Origin: Candidatus Latescibacterota bacterium
GTDB lineage: Bacteria > Latescibacterota > UBA2968 > UBA8231
DNA length: 64,000 nucleotides
Direction of reading: 5' to 3'
NCBI GenBank assembly: GCA_965243025.1
Contig: CBDETY010000003.1
Location: forward strand, 6,592,001-6,656,000
Notes under the pieces: generated by a model
Told to the model about the DNA's origin: nothing
The model's input: the letters and a program-made list of their open reading frames with translations, nothing else
Databases searched by the model: none
Part shown: piece after piece, positions 1-9,553 of the stretch
Numbering within the stretch: position 1 is the stretch's first letter
Layout of the letters: every line of letters begins with the position of its first letter
Position numbers and translations under genes: made by a program

Positions 1-183
1 TCTCGAACCCCTTGGAGATCATCCCGAAGCTGCGTCTCTGCGCGCTTTAGAGCCTCTCGCGACAACAAGGTCCACCCCAGTGCTGACTTAACCACGTCCT
101 GTCAATCGCGTGTATGAATGAAAATCAAAATCAATCCTGGAGCTTCTTCATGACACTACTACTGTACTGTGGCAGAGAATCAG

Positions 184-2508
184 TTATTGACTGCCAGGCG
201 GTCTTCTAGCAGATGAAGGGACACCTGTGCCCCATGGGACGACAACACAAACCACACATCGTTCCTCCGGTGCCTCTGGCATGGAGCAGACCCGAATCCT
301 GTTTGATAGCGGAAGCAAGGCCGCCTCGCTACTCGGACAATAGCCGACAACAACGAACAATACCCGTGAGCAGAGGGACAGACTGTAGCGTCTAGCCTGC
401 CATGCGTATTGGGAGCAGGCGTCGAAAGGGTTCTGAATCTTTTCCTTCAGGACTTTATTTTCGACTACGATCCGATTGTACAGGATGAGGTCGGCTTCTC
501 CACCCCCGAGTTTTGAGCCTTCTTCAACAATAGAATTACGTGAATGAAGATGTTCGCGCAGCTTCCCTTGCAATTGAGATTCGGAGAGATCCTCAAAAGA
601 GGTCCAAGCCCCGGTTTTCTCAATCATGTCAACGAAGGAGGCGAGGTCCCGGAGTGTGTCCGAGACGGCCTTGTGAAACGAAGCCGGTAGTCCAGTTGGG
701 AGACGTGAATTCAATCCCATGGCGATACAATTATTAACGTCGTGATCTTCAGACAACCAATCTTGAGGCAAGGTTAAGTCATCTTTCTGAAACGTGACAA
801 GCGGTGGTCGGCCCCTTTGGAGAACTTCCGCACATTCAAGACTACAGAGGCCATTTTTTCTTGCTATCTCCACCCATTCATCGCAAAGGATGTCGGTTAC
901 TTTTGCAGCACGGTCTGCTTGCTCGTCCATGACAAGATGGAAGGTCTCGAAGAACACGATCCGAGATGCCAACGCCACCAATGCCACTCGATTACGTGGC
1001 GTAAACACGAAACCGCATTGCTTCTGGTGCTCATATGCCTGGGACCACCGTTCGGGATCGAAAAAAAGGTTAGGGGTGCCAACGTGGCCACCATCCGTCC
1101 TTGTGAGAATATCGCCGCCTCGAACAACGACCTTGTTAAACGGAAGATCCACGAGGACTTCTTCATGCCTTAGGTTAGCCCCGCATTCGGCCAAATCTGG
1201 TATTACGCTCGCTAGTTCGACTGCTTTGACATGTATCTTTCCTTCGGTATCCCGGCAGCCCTGATCTGTCGAGAGTGCCTTAAGTAACTTCCGCCATTTT
1301 AGGGCCCGGGTATCTCGTTTGTCTTCGTCTGGGAGATTCTCAAGGCCCGCGATAAAGCGCGCGGCGAACGCATACGCCCTATAGTAGACACGTCGTTCCT
1401 GGATCGCTTGAGCGATCTTCAGTGAATGTTCCCCACCACACTTCAAGGTTGTCGACCTTAACTCTCCACCGATGACACCAATGAAGATGTCGTCGGAGAT
1501 TCCCGAAAACAGATCCGCGATCGAATAACTCGCACTATGTTCCTCCTCGGCGAGCCGGACCAATCGTTGCAGCATGGCTTCAGCTGCCCGGACTTTGTGG
1601 TGGTAGTAAAGCCGATCATGGAGAAGGACGCGAGCGATAATCAATTGCTCGTAGGAGCCGAGGCCAGCCTGGGAGATTCCCATATCGTAGAAGCGGCCTT
1701 CTTGACTCTGTTCAGCACGGTCTCGCAGCTCTTGATTTGGTGCTGCATCCGGCGATACGACGACCACTTCGAGCTTGCTTATCAGCCTCGTCAGGTCGAT
1801 TCCGAGTGGAAGTCCAGAGTGATGGCAGTCGCGAGCGATGTAGTCGAGCTTGTCGGCGTCCACTGGGCCGCTGATTATCCCCGAGAGGTAGCTCGCATGC
1901 AGACAGCTCCGGGAGCCCAAAATCCGCGCCGCGATAGCTTCAGGTAGTTGAGTAGACCTGGTGGCGGCAGTTAAATTCGAATGTGTAAGGATTTTTTCCA
2001 TCGCACCACTGAGAACAATTAGCGCAGCGATAGTCTCCCCGGGGGCAATCGACGTTACTCCTTCGAAGGAACTCCGGAGCACGTTGGCTGCGCTAAGGAA
2101 CTCGTTCTCGTACCGTTCTTCGATCAGTCGCTCGGTCGCGTGGCTGAAAGGGCCATGCCCGATATCGTGCAGAAGAGCCGCAAGCCTAGTGGCGTAGCGA
2201 TCCTCTTCGCTCACCGACGGTACGTTCTCGTCCCTGTCCTTTCCAAAGATTCGTCTATGAGAAGCGTTCCTCTCAAGAGCTTGAATCATGCGCTCCGCAG
2301 CTTCTACAACCCCCCGCGTGTGTTCCAAACGGTCATGTCCGGCCCCTGGATAGACAAGATGCGCCATTCCGAGCTGTCGTACTCCTCGCAGCCGCTGGAG
2401 TAACGGAGAGTCCAAAAGCACCGTTTCCCAAGGCAGGAGTTCTACGACGCCCCACACAGGGTCGTTAAATGTCTTCGGATACGCAGCGTGTGGCGCCGTG
2501 GAGTTCAA
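184..2508 (-). CDS. HD-domain dNTP triphosphohydrolase (SAMHD1/YwfO-like) fused to a C-terminal PD-(D/E)XK nuclease-like domain
   Basis: N-terminal motifs DPVWG, LQRLRGVRQLG..LVYPGA.H.RLEH, ALLHDIGHGPFSH, DADKLDYIARD and LYYHHKVRAAE. C-terminal ESQLQGKL...E...GEADLILYNRIVVENK...QARRY. TTG start with GGAG upstream. Confidence 0.85.
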   Translation of the reverse strand: MNSTAPHAAYPKTFNDPVWGVVELLPWETVLLDSPLLQRLRGVRQLGMAHLVYPGAGHDRLEHTRGVVEAAERMIQALERNASHRRIFGKDRDENVPSVSEEDRYATRLAALLHDIGHGPFSHATERLIEERYENEFLSAANVLRSSFEGVTSIAPGETIAALIVLSGAMEKILTHSNLTAATRSTQLPEAIAARILGSRSCLHASYLSGIISGPVDADKLDYIARDCHHSGLPLGIDLTRLISKLEVVVVSPDAAPNQELRDRAEQSQEGRFYDMGISQAGLGSYEQLIIARVLLHDRLYYHHKVRAAEAMLQRLVRLAEEEHSASYSIADLFSGISDDIFIGVIGGELRSTTLKCGGEHSLKIAQAIQERRVYYRAYAFAARFIAGLENLPDEDKRDTRALKWRKLLKALSTDQGCRDTEGKIHVKAVELASVIPDLAECGANLRHEEVLVDLPFNKVVVRGGDILTRTDGGHVGTPNLFFDPERWSQAYEHQKQCGFVFTPRNRVALVALASRIVFFETFHLVMDEQADRAAKVTDILCDEWVEIARKNGLCSLECAEVLQRGRPPLVTFQKDDLTLPQDWLSEDHDVNNCIAMGLNSRLPTGLPASFHKAVSDTLRDLASFVDMIEKTGAWTSFEDLSESQLQGKLREHLHSRNSIVEEGSKLGGGEADLILYNRIVVENKVLKEKIQNPFDACSQYAWQARRYSLSLCSRVLFVVVGYCPSSEAALLPLSNRIRVCSMPEAPEERCVVCVVVPWGTGVPSSARRPPGSQ

Positions 2509-2691
2509 TCTCTCCAGCGCGGGCTCTGTCCACTGTTCAGCCAGACTACCAAGCTCACGCCATAGAATTGGGGCTGCGCTCTCTAGATCGGAACGAAGCT
2601 TCGAAGGATCGATCAGAGTCGAGTCTCCATGTCTCTCACCAGCCTGAGTTCGACTTAAGTGCCACCTTTAAAACTACTGGAATCGAACGGA

Positions 2692-3117
2692 TTAGTACTC
2701 TTCTATGGCTGGCTCAGGGAAAGCGCTCATCGAGCTACTCGCTTCATCGACAGCGCTCTGGAGAAGCTCCCCCCACTTAACGGCTTCCTCTTCTGATACT
2801 GCAAGATCTGACAATATCTGCCGAGCCGCATTGCGGCTGATTTGTACTTGTGTCGATTGGTAAGATGGATTAGGTGCGGTCGTGAGCTGGGCACGCTGCG
2901 CCCAGTCCAGTAATGCGGGTAACTCCACACATTGAAGCCCAATTCGGGAGTCCACAAAGTGAAGCTGGTCGCGGACCCAATTCGGGCATGACTCGTGCTC
3001 CACGGCCGTTTTGAGTGCCCGATCTAGGATTCCGTGCGAAGTCGGTATTCGGTCCCCACCACCGCCCAAAATCCAACTGGCGACAAGCAATTCCGTGGTG
3101 TCGAGAAGATGGCGCAT
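2692..3117 (-). CDS. Hypothetical 141-aa protein, possibly YwgA/SocA-like winged helix
   Basis: ATG at 3117 has GGAG upstream and lies inside ORF 2692..3288. Segment LHFVDSRIGLQCVELPALLDWAQRAQL resembles the F..xGPxSxEL..xL pattern. Co-oriented with the HD gene. Confidence 0.6.
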   Translation of the reverse strand: MRHLLDTTELLVASWILGGGGDRIPTSHGILDRALKTAVEHESCPNWVRDQLHFVDSRIGLQCVELPALLDWAQRAQLTTAPNPSYQSTQVQISRNAARQILSDLAVSEEEAVKWGELLQSAVDEASSSMSAFPEPAIEEY

Positions 3118-3259
3118 CGTCAGTTTCTCCGAAGTGTCAAAACAAATGGGGTTTCCTGGCGCTTTTTTGGCTTCTGATCCGTTCGGTTTCCAATCCGTTC
3201 GTTGATTTGCTCGATAATCCTTCGAGACCACCAATTTGGGAGGTCGTCCTCTCTGGCAA

Positions 3260-3288
3260 AGAATGCACATTCGTGCACTATATGTCAA
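3260..3288 (-). promoter_or_regulatory. Putative sigma70 promoter with overlapping palindromic operator
   Basis: Minus strand reads TTGACA-17 nt-CATTCT. Inverted repeat TGCAC-N4-GTGCA at 3264-3277. Confidence 0.45.
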
Positions 3289-3473
3289 GAAAATGTGTCA
3301 ATCTACGCATTCTATCCTTGAAATACAGTAGGACAATCGGTCCCATAACAATTGTCTTCCCGAATATCCCCTGGGCCTCTCGGGAATTGCAGATGCTTCT
3401 GAGTTGGCTCTGAAATGCGTTTGCCTTTGCCCACGCGGTTTCCAGTTCCTTGGTCAACTAACTTGCCCGCAGA

Positions 3474-3884
3474 CTAGTGCCGCTTCCCCCGGTGATGGCG
3501 CCGCCCCCCGCGTCTCACAAACCGCTTGTGCCGTTCGAGGTGGCGATTCAGCCGCCGCCGCTGATCCTCCGTAAGCAGAGGCTCCAGCGCCGCCCTTGCG
3601 GAATCGAGGTGTGCCCGGCGCTCCCGGTTCCTGGCGGTCCGGGTGGCGCGCATGCGCTCGTCGATGCGGCGCAGAACGGCGGCTATTTCCGCCCGCCGTG
3701 TCTCCTCGATCGGGGCGATGGCCCGGCGGATTCCTGCGGTGAAGTGGGCGGGCCGCGCCAGGCTCAGGGCGTCGCGGAAACGGTGGCGCTGGAAGGCGCT
3801 GAATCCGAGCGCCCCCAGCACCATCCCGATCACGAGGGTGGCGATGAGTATGGCGGCGCTCCTGGTACCGGAGGACACGGTCAC
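3474..3884 (-). CDS. Membrane-anchored periplasmic helical protein (Spy/CpxP/heavy-metal-sensor-like)
   Basis: N-terminal TM segment (AAILIATLVIGMVLGALG), LTEDQ motif, His/Arg-rich tail. GTG start overlaps the anti-sigma stop codon. Confidence 0.65.
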   Translation of the reverse strand: MTVSSGTRSAAILIATLVIGMVLGALGFSAFQRHRFRDALSLARPAHFTAGIRRAIAPIEETRRAEIAAVLRRIDERMRATRTARNRERRAHLDSARAALEPLLTEDQRRRLNRHLERHKRFVRRGGRRHHRGKRH

Positions 3885-4300
3885 ATCTCCATGATTTCGG
3901 CGGTTTCCACCGAGACCGGCGGCACGGCGAAGGTGACCTCGAGGAAGGAAGAATCCTCGGACATCAGGTCGCGGTCGCGCCAGTTCAGGACGGCCAGGAA
4001 AACAGCCGCGGCGAGTGTGACCGGCACCAGGGGGCGGAAGGCGCGCATCAGCCCGTCGGCGAAGCTGCCCGGCTCGCCGCGCTCGCCGCGCAGGCGCGCC
4101 ATGACGCGGGTGGAGAAGAACGGGTCGAAGCGCTCGGCACGCGTCCCGGAAACCAGGTCCCCGACCTGGCGCATCTGCTCCCACTCGGCCCGGAAGCTTT
4201 CATCCGACGACAGCAGGTGCTCGAAACGGGCTTTCTCCGTTTCTCCGAGCTCGCCGCCTAAGGCGAGAGCCAGCAGGCGTTCGCGTTCACTCTTGGTCAT
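3881..4300 (-). CDS. Putative anti-sigma factor
   Basis: ASD-like N-terminus (ALGGEL...E..RFE.LL) plus one TM helix. Overlaps the end of the ECF sigma gene. Confidence 0.75.
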   Translation of the reverse strand: MTKSERERLLALALGGELGETEKARFEHLLSSDESFRAEWEQMRQVGDLVSGTRAERFDPFFSTRVMARLRGERGEPGSFADGLMRAFRPLVPVTLAAAVFLAVLNWRDRDLMSEDSSFLEVTFAVPPVSVETAEIMEM

Positions 4301-4862
4301 GGTCCAGCCTCCCCTGCATGATCCCCTTCAAGTTCGCCATGCCGCGCGACAGGCGCGACAGCACCGTTCCTTCGGGTATGTCGAGGGCCTCGGCGGTCTC
4401 CCGGGTCGAGTACTCCCGGATCATGCGCAGCACCACGACGGCGCGGTGATCCGGTTTGAGCTGTTGCAGCGCCGCCTGCACCTCGGCCCTCGTGTCGGCC
4501 TGGTCCCTGAGCGCCGCTCCGTCAGTGGCCGGGGCGGGAGCCGGGTCTTCCTCGCTGTCCAGGCTCCAGAACCGCCACCGGGACCGCTGCCGGCTCTTCG
4601 AGGCGTTGAGCGACAGGTTGATGGCGATCCGGGTAAGATAGGTGCCGAGGGCCGACTCGCCGCGAAAGCGGCCGAGAGCGGCGTGGAAGCGGATGAACGT
4701 CTCCTGGCCGACGTCCTCGGCATCCGGTCCCGGTCCCAGCATGCCCACCGCGGTGGCGGCGACCAGCGATTCGTAGCGCTCGACCAGCATGCGAAAGGCA
4801 TCGTCGTCTCCGTCGCGCGCGCGCCTCGTCAGGTCGAGGTCAGACGGCAGTTCCACACCCAT
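4287..4862 (-). CDS. ECF RNA polymerase sigma-70 factor
   Basis: Region 2 motifs GDDDAF..LV.RY, DAEDV.QETF and FRGES.L.TYL.RIA.N. Region 4 motif E.AE.L.IPEGTV.SRL.R. Confidence 0.95.
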   Translation of the reverse strand: MGVELPSDLDLTRRARDGDDDAFRMLVERYESLVAATAVGMLGPGPDAEDVGQETFIRFHAALGRFRGESALGTYLTRIAINLSLNASKSRQRSRWRFWSLDSEEDPAPAPATDGAALRDQADTRAEVQAALQQLKPDHRAVVVLRMIREYSTRETAEALDIPEGTVLSRLSRGMANLKGIMQGRLDHDQE

Positions 4863-4891
4863 TGGACAACCGAAGTCCCCGCTTCATTCCA

Positions 4892-5851
4892 TCACTCCAC
4901 CGATTCCTGGATTTTCCGGACCGCCGCGAGGACGTCCCCGGGCAGCGGCCCTTTCAGGCCGGCCCGGAAATTGGCCTCCATTTCTGCGGGGGTCTGCGCT
5001 CCGGGAATGACGGTGTGGATGGCGGGATTGGAGAGGATGTAGCGCAGGCCGAGTTCGTTCATCGGGATGCCGGTCTCGTCGCTGAACCGGTAGAAGCGGC
5101 CGATCAGCTCCAGGGCGCGCGCGTCGAGCAGGCTGCCGGGGACCCCGGGGTTTTTCTTCAGCTCTTCGAGGCGGCCGCGCTGCACCGCGGACAGCATGCC
5201 GTCGCAGAAGGGGCCTCCCGCGACGATGCCGATGTCGTGGGCGCGCGCCGCCGGCAGCAGCCGCTCCGCTATCGGCTGCTGCAGCAGGGTGTAGCCGTTG
5301 GCGATCTCGACGACGTCGAAGCGCCCGGTCCCGGCGAGGCGCGCCGGAAACGGCGCCCGGTTGCTGCCGATGCCGATGGCGCCGACGACCCCTTCCTCCC
5401 GGAGATCCTCCAGCACCCGGAGCACGGGCGCCTCGGGGTTGTCGTCCCACCCCCAGGCCTCCTCCTCCGGCTCGTGGATGAACAGCATGTCGAGGCGGTC
5501 CCTGCGCAGCAGCCAGAGGGTGTGGTCGACGACGCGGCGGATGCAGTCCTCGCTGCGGTACGCCTCGGCCCCGAGGTAGGGGACGATGGACCGCCGCAGC
5601 TGCCCGATCTTCGAGCTGATGAAGACGCGGCTGTCCGGGCGGCTGGCGAGCACCCGGCCGATCAGCTCCTCGCTTTCGCCGCAGCCGTAGGACGGGGCGG
5701 TGTCCATGTAGTTGATGCCGAGGTCCACGGCGCGCTCGAGCAGGGCCAGGGCGTCGGTGCGCGGCACGCCGAACTCGCTGGTGAACCGGTAGGTGCCCAG
5801 GGCGATGCGCGTGACCTCGTACCCGGTGCGTCCCAGGATCCGTTTTTCCAT
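4892..5851 (-). CDS. Aldo/keto reductase
   Basis: LGRTG..V..I.LGT, GINY.DTA..YG..ESE..IG, SSK, LFIHEP and VIPGA motifs. Confidence 0.93.
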   Translation of the reverse strand: MEKRILGRTGYEVTRIALGTYRFTSEFGVPRTDALALLERAVDLGINYMDTAPSYGCGESEELIGRVLASRPDSRVFISSKIGQLRRSIVPYLGAEAYRSEDCIRRVVDHTLWLLRRDRLDMLFIHEPEEEAWGWDDNPEAPVLRVLEDLREEGVVGAIGIGSNRAPFPARLAGTGRFDVVEIANGYTLLQQPIAERLLPAARAHDIGIVAGGPFCDGMLSAVQRGRLEELKKNPGVPGSLLDARALELIGRFYRFSDETGIPMNELGLRYILSNPAIHTVIPGAQTPAEMEANFRAGLKGPLPGDVLAAVRKIQESVE

Positions 5852-6037
5852 CTCTTTCGCCTCCTCAGGCGCTCACAACCTCGGGTCGACCGCTCTGCCT
5901 GAAAGATGCGGTCCCGCGAGTTGCTGTCGACCTCCCGATCACTGAAGTTGATCCCCGCGACCGATGAAGAGGTGAGGAACTGATCAAGCTTCCGCGCTTT
6001 CCCGCACCCGTTTCCGCAACCGACCCGGAGGCCGACC

Positions 6038-6874
6038 ATGCCGAAAATCCTGAGTGAAGCCGCCATCGCCCAGTACAGGCGAGAGGGGTATTACTTGCCC
6101 GTGCGCATACTCGACGACGGCGAAGTGGCCGCCAACCGGCGGAAGCTCGAGACCTTCGAGGCTTCCCAGGGCCACCCGATCGAAGGGGCGCAGCGAAGCA
6201 AGTCCCATCTCCTGTTCACCTGGATCGACGACCTGATGCGGAACGACCGCATCCTCGATGCCGTCGAGGACCTGATAGGTCCCGACATCCTGTGCTGGAA
6301 CACCTTCTTCTGGATCAAGGAACCCCGGAGCGAAACCTTCGTCTCGTGGCACCAGGACCTCCGTTACTGGGGCCTCGACAGCGGCGACCTGGTGACCGCC
6401 TGGCTGGCTCTTTCACCGGCGACGCCGGAAACCGGCTGCATGCGCGTCCTGCCCGGCAGCCACGTCGGCGACCTCCTGCCCCACAGCGACGAGTACCAGC
6501 GGAACAACATGCTGACCCGGGGTCAGGAGATTTCCGTCGTCGTGGACGAAGACAAGGCGGTCGCCATGCCGCTGCAGCCGGGTGAAATCTCGCTCCACAA
6601 CGTCCGCCTCGCGCACGCGTCGAGTCCCAACCGGTCGCAGGACCGCCGCATCGGCCTGTCGCTGCATTACATGCCGACCAGCACCCGGCAGATCGTCGGC
6701 GAATGGGACAGCGCCGCGCTCGTTCGCGGCAGCGACCGGTACGGTCACTTCAAACATACGCCGCGGCCCGGGACCGACTACGATCCGGTCGCTGTAGAGT
6801 TTCACGAGCAGGCGACCAGCGCCGTGCGGGAAATCCTGTTCAAGGACGCCGAGAAGGTCCGTCCGACGCTCTGA
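6038..6874 (+). CDS. Phytanoyl-CoA dioxygenase (PhyH) family Fe(II)/2OG dioxygenase
   Basis: WHQD (HxD), AWLAL, GCMRVLPGSH and H.S.PNRS..RR motifs. Confidence 0.93.
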   Translation: MPKILSEAAIAQYRREGYYLPVRILDDGEVAANRRKLETFEASQGHPIEGAQRSKSHLLFTWIDDLMRNDRILDAVEDLIGPDILCWNTFFWIKEPRSETFVSWHQDLRYWGLDSGDLVTAWLALSPATPETGCMRVLPGSHVGDLLPHSDEYQRNNMLTRGQEISVVVDEDKAVAMPLQPGEISLHNVRLAHASSPNRSQDRRIGLSLHYMPTSTRQIVGEWDSAALVRGSDRYGHFKHTPRPGTDYDPVAVEFHEQATSAVREILFKDAEKVRPTL

Positions 6875-7006
6875 TCCCGTGCGGGTGCGGAACGCCGCCA
6901 CGCGCGAACGGGTGTGAGGCTCGCCGGGTTTCGCGTTCAACCAATCCCCCGGCGAGTTCGCCGGGCAGGATTTCAGCGGCCGGACAGGCTCGGGGCATGC
7001 AGCGCG

Positions 7007-9553
7007 TCACAGCCTCGGGTCGACCGGCTCGCTCTCCAGGGCGAGGACCCCGAAGACGCACTCGTGCACGCGGTACAGCGGCTCCCCCCCGACGAAGCGG
7101 TGCAGGGCTTCCATGCCGAGGGCGAACTCCCGCAGCGCCAGGGAGCGCTTGGTCGACAGGCGGCGCTGGCGCAGGCGCTCGATCTGCCCGGGCAGGGTGT
7201 ACTCCGGACCGTAGATGATGCGCAGGTACTCCCGCCCCCGGCACTTGAGCGCCGGCTGCGCCGGGCCCCGCCGGCCCCGGGCGAGCCAGTCCAGCGGCTT
7301 GACCACCATGCCCTCGCCGCCGCTTTCGGTGAGCTCCCGCCACCAGCGCGTCCCCTGCTCCTCGCTGTCGGGATCGGCGGCGTCGACGGGGAGATACCGC
7401 GTCTCGTGCAGCAGCTCCGCGTCGGCCCGGCACAGCTCGGCGAGGGTCTCCATGTGCCAGAGGTGGTCCTCGCCGGTGTGGACCCGGCCCTCGGTAGCCA
7501 GCAGGTGGAAGGGGGCGATCCTGAGATCGGAGATTCCGGCGACCGGCCAGCAGTAGCGCCGGTAGGCCTCCACGTAGCGGGAGATGCAGCCCTGCCGCTG
7601 CCGCAGGTGGGCGGCCAGCTCCTCGCTGCCGCCCCCTCTTTCGGCGGCCTGGTCCAGGGCGGGGAGGGCGGCCTCGAAGGCGGCCGCTGCCGCCGCCCCG
7701 GCCGGGGCGTACTGGGTGCGCAGCAGCTCCTGCGCTTTCTCCGACCAGGGCATGATCTCGGCGTCGAGGCAGATCCAGTCGCTGTCGAACCGCTGCCAGA
7801 ACCCGGCGCGCTCGACCGCGGCGCACAGCCGCGCGACAACCCCGGCGCCGCGGTCCGGGTCGCTGAAGAAGGGGCGCCCGGTGCGGGTGTACACCACCCC
7901 CGCCTCGCCGCGGCCGGCTCCGAACCTCCGCTTCGCCGCGGCTTCGTCCCGGCAGAGCAGGATCACCGCCCGCGACCCCATGTGCTTCTCCTGGCAGATC
8001 AGCCGCGGGATTCCCCGGCCCCGGTAATGGGCGAAGGTCTCGGCCGGGTGCTCGAGGAACTCCCCCTCGGCGGCGGTGTCGGACGGCGCCATGGTCGGCG
8101 GCAGGTAGACGAGCCAGCGCGGGTCGACGGCGAAGCGGCTCATCACCTCGAGGGCGGCCGCGGCGTTCTCCCGGCGGATGGAGACGCCGCGGTGCAGGCG
8201 GGTGGAGACGACCCGCTTGCCGAGCACGTCGCCGATGTCGAGCAGGTCCCCGCCGGGCCGCGCCGCATCCTCCTCCCCGGAGGAAGGGAGCGGCCGCACC
8301 GGCTCGCACCAGACCTGCCGCGCCGGGACCTGGACGATCTCCCTTTCCGGGTAGCGCAGCGCCGTCAGCCTGCCCCCGAAGACGCAGCCGGTGTCGATGT
8401 TGATGGTGCGGTTCACCCACTCCGGCTCCGGCACCGGGGTGTGGCCGTACACCACCGTCGCCCGGCCGCGGTAGGCGGCCGCCCAGTCGCAGCGCACCGG
8501 CAGCCCGAACTCGTCGGTCTCGCCGGTGGTCTCGCCGTAGAGGGCGAACTCCCGCACCCGTCCCGAAGCCCGTCCCTGGAGGGCCTCCTCGAGGCCGGCG
8601 TGGGCGACGACGAGCTCGCCGCCGTCGAGCACGTAATGGCTGACCAGGCTGCCGATGAAGGCCGCGGCCTCGTCGGCGAACCCCGCCGGCTCGCGCTCGA
8701 GCTGCTCCAGGGTCTCGGCGAGGCCGTGGGAGACCTTCACGTCCCGCCCCTGCAGCTTGCGCAGCAGCTTGACGTCGTGGTTGCCGGGGACGCAGAGAGC
8801 GGTTCCCGCCTCGACCATCTCCATGACCAGGCGCAGCACCTCCGGGGAGCGGGGGCCGCGGTCGACGAGGTCCCCGAGGAAGACGGCCTTGCGCCCTTCC
8901 GGGTGGCGCGCCGCCGGGCCCCCGGCGCCGGAGCCGACCGCCCAGCCGAGGGAGCCGAGCAGGCCGGCGAGTTCGTCGAAGCAGCCGTGGACGTCGCCGA
9001 TGATGTCGAAGGGGCCGCGCTCGCCGCGCCGGTCCGGCCACAGCGGCTGGCGCTCGATGACCGCGGCGTCCGCTTCTTCCGGGGTGGCGAACACGGTGAC
9101 GGAGTGGAACCCCTCCCGCCTGAGGCCGCGCAGGGAGCGGCGCAGGGCCCCGCTCTGCCGGCGCACCGCGTGGGGTCCGATGTCGCGGTCGCTGCGCTCC
9201 TCGTTGCGCTGCAGGCAGAGCTGCGGCGGCAGGTCGAAGACAATGGCCGCGGCGAGGAGGTGGAACTCGCGGGCCAGGGCGATCAGTCCGGCGCGGTCCT
9301 CCGGCTTGACGCTGGTCGCGTCGACCACGGTGAGCCTGCGCCCGGCGAGCCGTTTCGAGGCGATGTAGCGGAGGAGGTCGAAGGCGTCGCCGGTGGCGGA
9401 CAGGTCGTTCTCGTCGTCGGCGACGAGGCCGCGGCAGTAATCGGAGGAGATCACCTCGGTCGGCCTGAAGTGCCGGCGCGCGAAGGTCGACTTGCCGCTC
9501 CCCGAGGGGCCGGCGAGCACGACGAGCGAAGGCTCGGGAACGGTGATCTTCAT
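7007..9553 (-). CDS. pnkp: Polynucleotide kinase-phosphatase-ligase Pnkp (bacterial RNA repair)
   Basis: P-loop GPSGSGKST; metallophosphoesterase motifs GDVHG, GDLVDRG and GNHD; ligase motifs EKHMGSRA and EGMVVKP; terminal DPRL. ATGA overlap with hen1. Confidence 0.95.
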   Translation of the reverse strand: MKITVPEPSLVVLAGPSGSGKSTFARRHFRPTEVISSDYCRGLVADDENDLSATGDAFDLLRYIASKRLAGRRLTVVDATSVKPEDRAGLIALAREFHLLAAAIVFDLPPQLCLQRNEERSDRDIGPHAVRRQSGALRRSLRGLRREGFHSVTVFATPEEADAAVIERQPLWPDRRGERGPFDIIGDVHGCFDELAGLLGSLGWAVGSGAGGPAARHPEGRKAVFLGDLVDRGPRSPEVLRLVMEMVEAGTALCVPGNHDVKLLRKLQGRDVKVSHGLAETLEQLEREPAGFADEAAAFIGSLVSHYVLDGGELVVAHAGLEEALQGRASGRVREFALYGETTGETDEFGLPVRCDWAAAYRGRATVVYGHTPVPEPEWVNRTINIDTGCVFGGRLTALRYPEREIVQVPARQVWCEPVRPLPSSGEEDAARPGGDLLDIGDVLGKRVVSTRLHRGVSIRRENAAAALEVMSRFAVDPRWLVYLPPTMAPSDTAAEGEFLEHPAETFAHYRGRGIPRLICQEKHMGSRAVILLCRDEAAAKRRFGAGRGEAGVVYTRTGRPFFSDPDRGAGVVARLCAAVERAGFWQRFDSDWICLDAEIMPWSEKAQELLRTQYAPAGAAAAAAFEAALPALDQAAERGGGSEELAAHLRQRQGCISRYVEAYRRYCWPVAGISDLRIAPFHLLATEGRVHTGEDHLWHMETLAELCRADAELLHETRYLPVDAADPDSEEQGTRWWRELTESGGEGMVVKPLDWLARGRRGPAQPALKCRGREYLRIIYGPEYTLPGQIERLRQRRLSTKRSLALREFALGMEALHRFVGGEPLYRVHECVFGVLALESEPVDPRL

